DNA of 39,510 bases from Octopus bimaculoides (lineage: Eukaryota), in assembly GCF_001194135.2 (NCBI RefSeq), contig NC_068992.1:30520759-30560268 (forward strand). The letters run 5' to 3'. Positions 12,426 through 24,534 of the stretch are shown here, piece after piece. Made by a program: the position numbers and the translations under genes. The notes beneath the pieces were generated by a model. It worked only from the letters and a program-made list of their open reading frames with translations, was not told the DNA's origin and did no database searches. How positions within the stretch are numbered: the stretch's first letter is position 1; every line of letters begins with the position of its first letter.

Positions 12426-12702
12426 ATTGCATGTTGCCTTCCACTACGTAGTTAGCTCAAATTTGAATTAAATTGACAATTAAAGGGACTGGTGTCGAGT
12501 TTTTGCTAACGAATTAGATTTTGTTGCCGGTTTGCCTTTCGGTTTTCGTTTTGAGTGTTGTTTTTGTTGTAGTGATTGTTGCGGATGCTAGATTTGCAGA
12601 TTGTGCGGATGTTGCAATATTTTTTTGTGTTGGTTCACCTTGAAGGCAATCCTGCTTTTGCTAACGCAGCAACAGCAGCAGCAGTAGTAGTTGTGGTGGT
12701 GC

Positions 12703-12710
<8 letters not shown>

Positions 12711-12780
<70 letters not shown>
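12711..12780. repeat. (GTA)n microsatellite preceded by mixed CAG/GTG triplets
   Basis: Direct reading. Confidence 0.95.
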
Positions 12781-13061
12781 ATACGTTTATTTAGAATAAC
12801 TGAACCTTTGATTTTCAGAACATGTTCATGTTATTTTGTAGAACGTTCATGTGCTTTGTTGTTATTTCCGACAATAAGTATTAAAATTAAATATCTGGAG
12901 TTCAAGTGTGAATCTAAGTTTATTTCGATAAAACTATTCGACTTTTTCAGAAAGGCAAACAATAGCAAAGATATAATATCGATTTTTCACTCAGATACAA
13001 AAAAAACCTCAAATAACAGTGGCATGTATTTAATCGACACGCTCACATAACCAGTACTTAC

Positions 13062-13280
13062 TTAATCGATCGTGGCAATACAAATACAATTTTTGGATCC
13101 CGTACAAGAGATTTCCTCCGCAAAATCGAGATAACAGAGAAAGAAGCCACGCGAGCTCGAGTGGCTGCTGCAGCGAGTGTCACTGGCAGTTCACCACTGC
13201 AATGCAATGGCACTCATTAACGAAGTATGCGGCCGAGCACACCTGTTGTTCCGGAGTATGTGACTCATCGTCTCCTCAGC
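13062..13280. promoter_or_regulatory. Locally GC/CpG-rich unique segment: candidate cis-regulatory element or non-coding exon
   Basis: GC-enriched relative to flanks. Contains hairpin AGCCAC-GCGAGCTCGA-GTGGCT, CACGCG, E-box CACCTG, AP-1 TGACTCA, and a minus-strand GTAAGT donor starting at 13061. Confidence 0.3.
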
Positions 13281-14324
13281 CTCCATCTTCTACTTACCCC
13301 CTTCCTCATTCGTTGTGTTTCTTATTTCCTTTTCTTCTGTATCTTTGCATTTACATGTTATGTTGTAAAATGAGATTTTTGTAGAATTAACTGTAGCAAA
13401 AATGCATTTTCCTATTAAGAAAAAATTGATACGCATAATAAAATATGCAACATACTTAATAAAATGTATTCGATGGTTTACTGCTTTCGCACACGCAGTG
13501 AAGTCAATAAAATATGACATTAGAACACCTGATATGAAAACTCATTTTAAGTTTTTATCTTAATTTTTGATATATATATATATAAATTAACTACTAATCC
13601 CATGTCACATTTGCATAAGCTTTAGCTTGCGTACATGGCATGTCACTGTATGAACCTTGTCTACTCATAGATAGTACTGATGAAACTTTGTAGACCAGAT
13701 CGAAGCCTACTTCTCAAATGCATCGTTACGATAATAATGCTTTTTACTATGTCATCTACGCTCAATTTTATAAAATATCACATTTCTCTTGACGGAAATT
13801 AAAGGTGACATAGCAACTATTTCTAGCAAGGACATATACCCATAGTAAGCTTATCTCCTTAGCATAAGTGAATAATATTAACATATAACAGCCATAAACT
13901 CACGGAAAGGAATGTGACGATAGCTATGCTCTCTGATTTACTAGATATGTTTCGTTTGATACTTCGATTAAACTGTTGAAACTAATTAACGTTAATAATC
14001 TCAAATTGCATACAAGTTAATAACAGTAGTAAATGATCACTACATTTAGTGAATTTAATGGCACCCGTGATGGTCAACGATTGTATAAATTGTTGGTTAG
14101 ATAAAGAAAATATTCGGATAGAGTACATTTATATCTGAGTTTGATGAGTAAAGGAAAATGCACAGTCAAAGACAAATAAAATTTGAACTTGTTGTAAATA
14201 GTGAAAGCCACATGTACGTACATCTCTCTGTTCCTTCATCTATCTCTCGAATTTAAACTTTGAACTCACACGCCTCACTAAGCGAATCCTTGTGTATGTG
14301 TGTTCGTGTGTGTGTGTGGGTACG

Positions 14325-14362
<38 letters not shown>

Positions 14363-15059
14363 TGTTTGTGTAAGAATATGTCTATATACCTCATTGTGTT
14401 TCTCACATTCTCTCACGATATATAAATATACACGAGATTTACGCAAGAACAACAAAAAAAATTGTAATTCAGACCTTTAACTCNNNNNNNNNNNNNNNNN
14501 NNNNNNNNNNNNNNNNNNNNNNNNNNNNNNNNNNNNNNNNNNNNNNNNNNNNNNNNNNNNNNNNNNNNNNNNNNNNNNNNNNNNNNNNNNNNNNNNNNNN
14601 NNNNNNNNNNNNNNNNNNNNNNNNNNNNNNNNNNNNNNNNNNNNNNNNNNNNNNNNNNNNNNNNNNNNNNNNNNNNNNNNNNNNNNNNNNNNNNNNNNNN
14701 NNNNNNNNNNNNNNNNNNNNNNNNNNNNNNNNNNNNNNNNNNNNNNNNNNNNNNNNNNNNNNNNNNNNNNNNNNNNNNNNNNNNNNNNNNNNNNNNNNNN
14801 NNNNNNNNNNNNNNNNNNNNNNNNNNNNNNNNNNNNNNNNNNNNNNNNNNNNNNNNNNNNNNNNNNNNNNNNNNNNNNNNNNNNNNNNNNNNNNNNNNNN
14901 NNNNNNNNNNNNNNNNNNNNNNNNNNNNNNNNNNNNNNNNNNNNNNNNNNNNNNNNNNNNNNNNNNNNNNNNNNNNNNNNNNNNNNNNNNNNNNNNNNNN
15001 NNNNNNNNNNNNNNNNNNNNNNNNNNNNNNNNNNNNNNNNNNNNNNNNNNNATATATAT

Positions 15060-15290
15060 ATATATATATATATAAACAATATATGAGTATATGCATATAT
15101 ATGTACATGGATGTACATACCTTCATCTACATGTACATATAGATACATATCTGGGTACATGACGTTGCAAAAAATCAGACAAAATGATAAACAAGGTACA
15201 AAAAACAAGCAGGCCACATATGGAACATATCCTTCATCAGCTGCCACCATTAAAACACTGGCGTTTCGAAGAGTTAGGGCAGGACGCATC
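15060..15290 (-). mobile_element. Dispersed repeat copy A (possibly Penelope-like terminal sequence)
   Basis: Shares CATCTACATGTA, GCCACATATGGAAC, CCTTCATCAGCTGCC and GCGTTTCGAAGA in the same order with 27365-27635. The family assignment is inferred only from the hammerhead half-core. Confidence 0.55.
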
Positions 15291-16587
15291 GTTAAAATGG
15301 CTCTTCACACGAACACAAATTAAATTTTTTTCGTGGAGGATAGTGGCGGACGGAAAACAAGACAGGAAAACGAAATGGTGAAATAAACAAACAAAAAGGC
15401 TGTACAGCCAGACGTGGAGAAGTGTGTGTATATTGAACGCTGTGAAACACGAACAGGCGAGGGGAAGAAGTGCATCCGAAGCTTCGGTGAAGGAGAGTGG
15501 TAGATATATAAAGAGGGAGGGAAACAGCAGAAGAAAGCCTTAATGGCAGAATGTAGAGGAAATGGGATTATTTCTTGTAGCTAATTACATTTTGTTATTA
15601 TCATTATTTACGAACAACCTTTTTGGTATGTAAATTTCAAGACTCAGATTCCTCGTTTTTATGGAGGACACACTATTTGAGAGAATTTGGGGGCGAAACA
15701 CGCAGATATAACCACATACACTCTCATATTTCTACTACAGATATACAAATTTTCTTTGCGTCTTGTTACCCATTCAGTAGTCGTTCTAATAAACAGTGTG
15801 TTAAATATATATATTTCACTATTGTATGTGGTTTGCAAGATTTTTTATGTGAGTTCGTGAGTTGATGCATATTTCATTGTGTCTGGGGAGAGTCAATCCT
15901 TGTTAGTGCCTTATAAATGTAACACGCTCACCGTTTATTACAACGACGAGTGAATGGGTTGCAAGGCGCAACGAAAATTTTAGTAAAAATAGATAAATGA
16001 GTGGAAATCGGACCTGTGAGTGTGTTACATTAATAAGGCACAAAAAGAAAATGACTCCCCCCCCCAAGTGGATGATGCAAGATCGATATAAATGTTTCAA
16101 GGGAATTCATTGCAATGTTACACTGCCTTTGTTTTTACCATGAAGACATTAATATGCTGGGATTCATTTTGAGTAGTGAGTCGACTAGCTACTATCACAC
16201 TATCCTTTGTTATATTATTACTATTTCTCTTCTTCTCCCCATCTCTCATTTACTCCGTCATCTTCTTCCTTTCCACCATCTCCTCCCTTACTTTACTACT
16301 ACTACTGCTGTTTAGAATAACACCTACGCAAACATTATAAACAATATAGATCACTACGACCGTCAACAGGTCAATGTCAGGACACCCAACCAATTAACAC
16401 TCTGCTACTATCATAGCTCTCCTTCTTCGAACCCACAAGACTTGACAAGTGAATCAGAGACAGACAGAAACAGGCAAAATGCTCCTGTTATTTGAATACT
16501 ATGCAAATATGTCTTTAGAAAGACTTTTCTTTTAAATTTACCAAAATTTAAGTTTTCAATAAGTTTTCAAAAATCTATTATTCATAT

Positions 16588-16629
16588 TTACAGTTGAAAA
16601 GATCTCAAGGATCGAAACCGGTACTGTAA
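16588..16629 (+). ncRNA. Minimal type-I hammerhead-like motif with intact architecture and two core substitutions
   Basis: Stem I TTACAG/CTGTAA (6 bp perfect); core TTGAAAA versus CUGANGA (C3U, G8A); stem II GATCT-CAA-GGATC; GAAA (16614-16617); palindromic stem III ACCGGT; GTA cleavage triplet. Confidence 0.55.
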
Positions 16630-16866
16630 TGTTCATTATAAAAGTATTTTAGCATTTTCTACTTTGTCTNNNNNNNNNNATATATATATATATATATATA
16701 TATACAGCAATACGAAAATGGAGGTAGTAATCATCAACTTGCAGACATTGAATTTTGTCAATTTATTTGTTTATTTGTTTACTAAAAGGACAATAATAAT
16801 AATATACAAACACATTATGTCATATTAATAATTATAAAAATGACATATAGTGACAGAAAATCGGAT

Positions 16867-16907
16867 ATCTTACAGCTGTTTCAGTCTATCTGTGACATAC
16901 TTCATTC
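16867..16907 (-). ncRNA. Hammerhead-like 3' half (GAAA-CAGCTG-TA)
   Basis: Minus strand GAATGAAGTATGTCACAGATAGACTGAAACAGCTGTAAGAT. Palindromic stem III and GTA triplet are intact; the 5' core is decayed. Shares GTCACAGAT with the 1350 motif. Confidence 0.35.
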
Positions 16908-17429
16908 TATCTTTATCACTCCAGTAGATTGAAGTAATTAATAGATGAAATAGATGAAGTAGAGGTACATGGATGATTATCTTGGCCACTTCAGAGATTC
17001 TATGAAGTTCATAAGGTTAAGTTAAAAATATAAAAATATAAAAACCGTAAAATCCCACATATATATGAATACTTTAACATATACATGAATATATATAAAT
17101 AAACATAAATATACAAACATATATATGAACATGTAAATGTACATACACAACTGTCCATACATGCACACAATGAATCAATTATTGCTGTTATTATACTTGA
17201 GGAGGACACATATATATACACACCCACACATACATACACATTTCCGTACAGAAATGTTCATAGGTACATACGCATTAGTTGCATTTGGAATGGAGGACTG
17301 GTGCATTAGTTGGTATCGTTATAATTCTAACAAAAATGTCTAGACCTATATATATATTTTCTTACATCAACAACCTATGAGGTACGTACGTATTAGTTGT
17401 GTTTGTAATGAAGGAATTTATACAATTAG

Positions 17430-17623
17430 TTCATAAGAATTCAAACAATAACATCCAAACTTCTATAAACCTGCGATGAGTTACTCTGTTATTGGAGTAG
17501 TTCGAATCTTGCTGGTAGAGGTGGGGTATTTTTGCTGTCTAGTCCCCTCATCTAATTGGTCATCTATTGTTTTAAAATGACTTGACTTAGAAGTTTGGAT
17601 ACAATTGTTTGAATTCTTAGGAA
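17430..17623. mobile_element. Inverted-repeat-bounded element (MITE-like or foldback)
   Basis: Arms 17430-17465 and 17588-17623 match as reverse complements at 32 of 36 positions. The 122-bp spacer contains the B-box-like GTTCGAATC. Confidence 0.6.
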
Positions 17624-19103
17624 TAAACACGTAAATTGACACAAAACAGTATATATGTAAAGAGAGAGAGAGAGAGAGGTGGGGAGAGTCACCATGATTC
17701 AACGCTAAATCTACAAGGCATATTAGTTTAACGCTAGGGAAGGGGAGAAAGTCTTTCAACAGAAAGGGACACAAGGAAATAAACAGAGAGAATAAACAAG
17801 TTTTAGTGGCTAGCGGTCAATCATATTTCATAACGTGGCTGGCGGTCAATATATATCACAACATGGTATTTCATTCAGAGTATTAGTTCATTATATACAG
17901 GCGGACTGTCTGATATACTTTTGATCCGTGTCTGTAACATGAAAGTGAAGGAGAATATTCAGCCTGTGGAAATATTTTGGTACTTTATTTTATTTTAAAC
18001 AATTCGATCTTGATGTGATGTGAAATCAGAACATACTAAGATAACTAACATGGAAATAAACAAAAATCAAGGGTATTATTGCGCATATAAGTATTCCTCG
18101 TTGGAAATTTTACTAACTAAAAGACACGGCATAGAATATTTGCAGTAATAACTAGTCATGTTTTATAAAATGGAAACCAAAATAAAAACTCATTAACGTG
18201 ATAACCACAATAAAATTTAAAAGAATGGCCTACAGACTGGTGTAGATTTCAAGAAACTTAGTATTATAAATGCGTTACAAATCTATCACCTGAAATGTAT
18301 AGGTATATACGTTTTAATGGTATTATTATTGGTTGATGAAAACATCCTATCATAAGTATGTATGTATGTATGTATGTATACATATATATACACACACACA
18401 TATATGTGTATATATATTATGTATCTGTGAGTGTATGTACGTATATATATGTAAGGTATATATAACCTTACATACAAATATAAAAATATATATATGTACA
18501 TGTATGTGAATACATACATATATATACATATGTATATGTGCATATGTATATGTAAATACACACATATAAACACTGCTACTCACACACATATATTGGATGC
18601 GCTTAGCGCTCAACAACTTTCCCATTCAGTTTTTTCGTCCGTTACGTATTCACACTTGTTCACGCAGAGTCCGATGCAAGAGATAACGTAATGCAAGATC
18701 TCATCAATAATGAAGAAAACTTACATTCGTTTGAACTTGGTACTCCTGTCTTCCATCTCTTACATTATCTCTTACATTATTATTCGGCAGCATATTATAG
18801 CTCACTATAGAATCAATTCGTATGTACACGTCATAAAGTTAGCATGCATATGTAGACACATCGTTAGACAAAGAGGCGTAAATGCCGAATATTGAAACTT
18901 ACTTAAGAGAATGAAATAAATGAGAGCCGAGTTCTCTTTCCTCGCTGTCTCTGTGGGTGTTTTTCTCTCTGTACATATGAATGTATATATTTATATAGAT
19001 ATTTTGATATATATAGATACACAATCATTCCTACGCGCGCGCAGGCATATGCGCACACGCGCGCGCGCACACACCCACTCACCCACACATGATTATAGAA
19101 ACA

Positions 19104-19128
19104 TGACTCAGCCAGGTTCTCTGAGTCA
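19104..19128. promoter_or_regulatory. Inverted pair of AP-1-type sites
   Basis: TGACTCAG-CCAGGTTCT-CTGAGTCA: perfect 8-bp inverted repeat with 9-nt spacer. The first site also fits the ARE core RTGACnnnGC. Confidence 0.25.
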
Positions 19129-19208
19129 CGCTTGCCATTTCTATCTTTCCCTCTCTACCAGTACATGCACTTACAAAAATCATATAAAGATATGCATATA
19201 TATATATA

Positions 19209-19282
<74 letters not shown>

Positions 19283-20117
19283 TATATATATGTTTNNNNN
19301 NNNNNNNNNNNNNNNNNNNNNNNNNNNNNNNNNNNNNNNNNNNNNNNNNNNNNNNNNNNNNNNNNNNNNNNNNNNNNNNNNNNNNNNNNNNNNNNNNNNN
19401 NNNNNNNNNNNNNNNNNNNNNNNNNNNNNNNNNNNNNNNNNNNNNNNNNNNNNNNNNNNNNNNNNNNNNNNNNNNNNNNNNNNNNNNNNNNNNNNNNNNN
19501 NNNNNNNNNNNNNNNNNNNNNNNNNNNNNNNNNNNNNNNNNNNNNNNNNNNNNNNNNNNNNNNNNNNNNNNNNNNNNNNNNNNNNNNNNNNNNNNNNNNN
19601 NNNNNNNNNNNNNNNNNNNNNNNNNNNNNNNNNNNNNNNNNNNNNNNNNNNNNNNNNNNNNNNNNNNNNNNNNNNNNNNNNNNNNNNNNNNNNNNNNNNN
19701 NNNNNNNNNNNNNNNNNNNNNNNNNNNNNNNNNNNNNNNNNNNNNNNNNNNNNNNNNNNNNNNNNNNNNNNNNNNNNNNNNNNNNNNNNNNNNNNNNNNN
19801 NNNNNNNNNNNNNNNNNNNNNNNNNNNNNNNNNNNNNNNNNNNNNNNNNNNNNNNNNNNNNNNNNNNNNNNNNNNNNNNNNNNNNNNNNNNNNNNNNNNN
19901 NNNNNNNNNNNNNNNNNNNNNNNNNNNNNNNNNNNNNNNNNNNNNNNNNNNNNNNNNNNNNNNNNNNNNNNNNNNNNNNNNNNNNNNNNNNNNNNNNNNN
20001 NNNNNNNNNNNNNNNNNNNNNNNNNNNNNNNNNNNNNNNNNNNNNNNNNNNNNNNNNNNNNNNNNNNNNNNNNNNNNNNNNNNNNNNNNNNNNNNNNNNN
20101 NNNNNNNNNNNNNNNNN

Positions 20118-20198
20118 ATCTTTTTCAATTTATATCTATGTATATATGCATGTATGTATCTGAGTGTTTATGTGTATATATATACATATATATATATA

Positions 20199-20231
<33 letters not shown>

Positions 20232-20321
20232 CTTTTTCAATTTATATCTATGTATATATGCATGTATGTATCTGAGTGTTTATGTGTATATATATACATA
20301 TATATATATATGTGTGTGTAT
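20118..20321. repeat. ~112-bp tandem duplication next to a gap
   Basis: ATCTTTTTCAATTTATATCTATG... starts at 20118 and again at 20230, near-identical; may be an assembly artefact. Confidence 0.85.
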
Positions 20322-21207
20322 ATGATATAGTATCTAAGATATATGTGTTGGTGCGTCTTTGAGAGTGCATAATATATTTTATTAAATTGTGGCCGAGCCA
20401 AACTCTTACTATTGTGTGACACAACGTTTCTCAAAGAGACTTGGGCAATATGTCGACTTACCGTGTTGTGTAATAGAAACGCCACTCTTTCTGTGACTAA
20501 TAATGGGCATTTTAGCTGCGAATTATTTTCTCCATTGCAGCTAACTGGCGATAATATACCGCTGCATGAAACGTTTTGTTTTTGTTTATAATTTTATGGC
20601 AGACAACTCATCCCACCAACCACAGATTATAAGCATTTTCGTGTGTATAGCTATGGCTTGGGGTGGATTCTCATTTTCATTGGTGGTTAGATATCTTTTG
20701 ATATGATTGTAAAGAACCCACGTACCACCACATGTTATTCAAGCCTGGCTAGATTCCATAGATGTTGATTTCTATTTCGAGCAAAATCAACACTTAAAAT
20801 TAAGTTGAAACAGAAAGATTACAAGAGATAAGATGCTTTTCTTTGTTTATAAAGTTGGTTTATGTTCGAAGTGTAACTTGATTTATATTGCTAATTTTCG
20901 TGAAATTTGTATTTTATTTTCCTCAAACACAGATTTTAGGATATTTAGATTAACTGACCTTTCTCATCCGAGTCGAGAATAATATTCGACAGAATTATTT
21001 TCCGGATAAAACTGGACAAAGCATTGTTGTCCTCTCCGCACACTTCAAGCATGATATCATATCTATAGAAAGAAAATATCTTGTAGATTCCATTGTTAAT
21101 GTCACCTTTGAATTTACATTGTATTAAATTTTATATAGGTCTAATTCAAAATAATTCAAAAGAGTAACATCGATAGAAATGTATCTATTAAGGTATAAAT
21201 TAATCTA

Positions 21208-21526
21208 TTATTCTTTGTAAGCCTAGTACTTACTCTATCGGTCTCTTGTGCCAACCCGCTAAGTTACGGGAACGTAAACACACCAGCGTCGGTTTTCAAG
21301 CGATGTTGGGGGGAGAAACACTGACACACAAACAAACACATATATATGCATATACATATATACGACGGGCTTCTTTCAATTTCCGTCGACCAAATCTACT
21401 CAAAAGGCTTTGGTCGGCCCGAGGCTATAGTAGAAAATAATTGCTCAAGGTGCCACGCAGTGGGACTAAACCCAGACCCATGTGGTCAGTAAGCAAACTA
21501 CTTACCACACAGCTATTCCTGTGCCT
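21208..21526 (-). mobile_element. SINE family 1, inverted, 3'-truncated
   Basis: Reverse complement of about 2778-3105 (TTCTTTGTAAGCCTAGTACT, GCTTTGGTCGGCCCGAGGCTATAGTAGAA, CAAGGTGCCACGCAGTGGGACT). Confidence 0.85.
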
Positions 21527-21932
21527 CTACTAACGTTATTAAAGATTTTCTTTATTTCTTCCTGGGGCGGAATACTTACTTTACATTTAGAAATATTTGC
21601 TCAATGAGACATGCAACTTATGCGCAGCTATTCTAAGAACAGATGTAAGATACATAAAACATTTACTCTAACAACTCTTCTATTGCGTTTGAATTATAAA
21701 TTACAGCTGTAAAGTGAAACCACAGGCGTACGCTTTTCATACTCCGTTTCTAATATATATCTACCCAAGAAATGGTGAACTAACATTGCTATTCACTGAG
21801 TCAGCTACAACATTTTTATTTTCGTTGTAATTTTATCTGTACTCTCTTGTCACTCTCATTTATACTCTCTTTTTCTCTCTCTCTCTCTCCCTCTCTCTCT
21901 CTCACTCTCTCTCTCTCTCACTCCATACACCC

Positions 21933-21966
<34 letters not shown>

Positions 21967-23300
21967 CGATTAAATCAACGAGAGCATTCAGTGATAGAGG
22001 ATCAGCAGGAAAAGCAAGTTATGTTGCAAATGACAGTTGTACAAAAATTCCTGTATGATTCCAAAACATCATAAAGTTACAGGTGACATTATAATATAGT
22101 GAAATTATATTACCATTTTAACATGTCAGTTTATATCTGGACAATTACTTCAGATATCTAGAGAATAGGTATTTTTTTTTTTAATTTGACAAATACACAT
22201 TCAACTAGCGTATATTTTGCTAACATACTTTATGGTTTCATCTTTGAAAACATATCACGTATTAATAAATATTCTACGAGTGCCATCTTCTAAAGAAATG
22301 TTGGAACAGACAGCTGTACTGCAAAATTAGGATAATGAATGGTTGCTTGCTAGCTGCGAATTTTCGAAATGATGAAGCTTTAAATAATTTTTTATAGATG
22401 CTATATACGAATTGATATACCAGCAGACATACTGAGATATAATCAACTAGAGATAAAAATAATCTGAAGTAAAGTAAAGTACATATGCCAGATGTTCAAC
22501 TGAGCGTAATGTACCTAGAGACAGAACACGACCTACACAGTTCGTGACCAAAACAATATATGTCTAAATAACAATTAGAATTTTGATAAAATAGTGAAAC
22601 TGAAATATAAAATTCAAATAAAACTGTATTAGAATTGTATTTTTACAAGAGAGCGCAAAAATGTTTTACACATTAATGTAGCCAGGACTATGATACATTG
22701 CTGTCGTTATTATAGCAAAATATGCCAGCATTTATTCTTACCGTCGGCCAGTGTTTAGAATAGTCAGAAGCCTCGCTAGGGAAAATTTGCTTCGGTAGAC
22801 TGATTCACGAGTACAATTACAATGTCTGTTTTGCCTTCTATCATTCTGAATTGGATAAATAGAACACTCGTTCAGGCAGAAATTTTTAAAGCACCGTTTG
22901 GGATATCTTTAGCTACAGATCTGTGCTTCCTTCAACTAGCCACAGTCTCACACTTAATGGTGAAAACTTTCAAAAAGAGTAGTAATGACGCATCAAATTG
23001 AGCACATATACATGGTAAGAAGTAACCACCGAACCTTGCTCATAACAGGCTAAATTATATGCCTGGAATTTATATGTGGGTGTGCGGGTGTAGGTGTTAT
23101 ACATACGTATATACATACTTATATACATAGACACATTTACATATAAACATACAGATATAAGTAAATATATATATATATATATATATATATACGTATTTTA
23201 TATTCATATANNNNNNNNNNNNNNNNNNNNNNNNNNNNNNNNNNNNNNNNNNNNNNNNNNNNNNNNNNNNNNNNNNNNNNNNNNNNNNNNNNNNNNNNNN

Positions 23301-23351
<51 letters not shown>

Positions 23352-23397
23352 TATATGCGTGTATGTGTGCGTTTATATGTATACACACGCACACTTA

Positions 23398-24010
23398 TAC
23401 TAGGTCTGAGCAATAATTATCCGGAGTGTTCCCATAGAAACAAAGCTAAAGCACACCGATTGAAGCTGCTTGTAAAATATTGACCTTGCTCTCTATTGTG
23501 CATGTGCATTAAGTGTCGACGTTTTAACTAGCTTCAACTGTTTACAGCAGTGCTTAGACAGAAGGGTTGTAGCGTGTCATTGGCGCATTAACCTTCACAG
23601 AGTAAGTTGTCACGGCGATACCTGCTCAAAGGCCGACGATAAGTTGCAGAAAGTGTATGGAGATGAGTGTATGATCCACACACAAGTGCACAAGTGGTTC
23701 AGACGTTTCCAAGAAGGCAGAACAATGTCGATATTTTCGAACGTTCTGAGAGATCTGCAACCAGTAGAATTGAGAAAAATACAGCAGACGTGCGTGCAGC
23801 AGTAAGAGGAATTCGTCGAATCATCGTCCTTGAGTTATCAGAGGATGAGCAGATTAGTTATAGTCCTGCTCAGTCCATTATCTCTGAAGATTTGTGTATA
23901 ATATGCGATTCAGTCAACTTTGTGACAAAACGGCTTTCAACTGTATAAAATGACACTCGGGTTTCAGTTGCACAAGATATTGATTGTGTCGAGAACGATA
24001 AAAACGTTGT
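23398..24010 (+). mobile_element. Decayed Tc1/mariner element, 5' portion
   Basis: TIR-like TACTAGGTCTGAGCAATAATTATCCGGAGT at 23398. From 23614 translates KLQKVYGDECMIHTQVHKWFRRFQEGR, then after a frameshift NVDIFERSERSATSRIEKNTADVRAAVRGIRRIIVLELSEDEQISYSPAQSIISEDL. These correspond to the two HTH regions of a mariner transposase. In-frame stop at 23946-23948; no catalytic domain follows. Confidence 0.88.
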
Positions 24011-24534
24011 CTAGGCCTCTGAACAGGTATCGCCAAGCTTTTGGCAGACTTTGATGTATATTCTCTGCTCAAATTTCCCTGTCATGGTCAATGCGACGAT
24101 CACACTCTACACACCTTCCTGGTGTTGCTTATTCAAATTTATTGCAAACAGAACTCATTCTGAAAATTTGTGTGACGGAATATAATGTAATACTTCAAGA
24201 TTCAATTTCTTTAGTATATATTCAAATTATATTATATACAAACAGTAACTATTTCTACTTTTACAGTACTACCTCAGATATTGGAAACTGATCACAAATA
24301 AAGGAGTATGTAGCATTGGTAGCTCTTAATATCAGCCAAACATCATCGTTCGAAACACATTCCCATGAATTATATTAAAACGAATCTATTGGGCAGCGGA
24401 GTTTCTAAAGTACAGTGAGAAGGAGATATTTCGATATCACTTTGATTGTTTGTGTTCTAGATTAGGCTTAACCTTGAACAAATGCAATAAAAACTCATGC
24501 GAGTACAGTGCATACTAGTAGTATGCATCGTTGG

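Noticed and set aside
20118-20321. 112-bp tandem duplication considered as a biological satellite
   Set aside because: Near-identical, microsatellite-rich and directly beside a gap; most likely an overlap artefact of scaffolding.
21701-21712. 12-bp palindrome TTACAGCTGTAA
   Set aside because: No hammerhead core or other supporting context; within chance expectation for AT-rich DNA.
22742-22775. 34-nt minus-strand micro-exon candidate (TTTTCCCTAG acceptor, GTAAGA donor)
   Set aside because: Too short to evaluate and cannot be joined consistently with the other candidates; such signals are frequent by chance.
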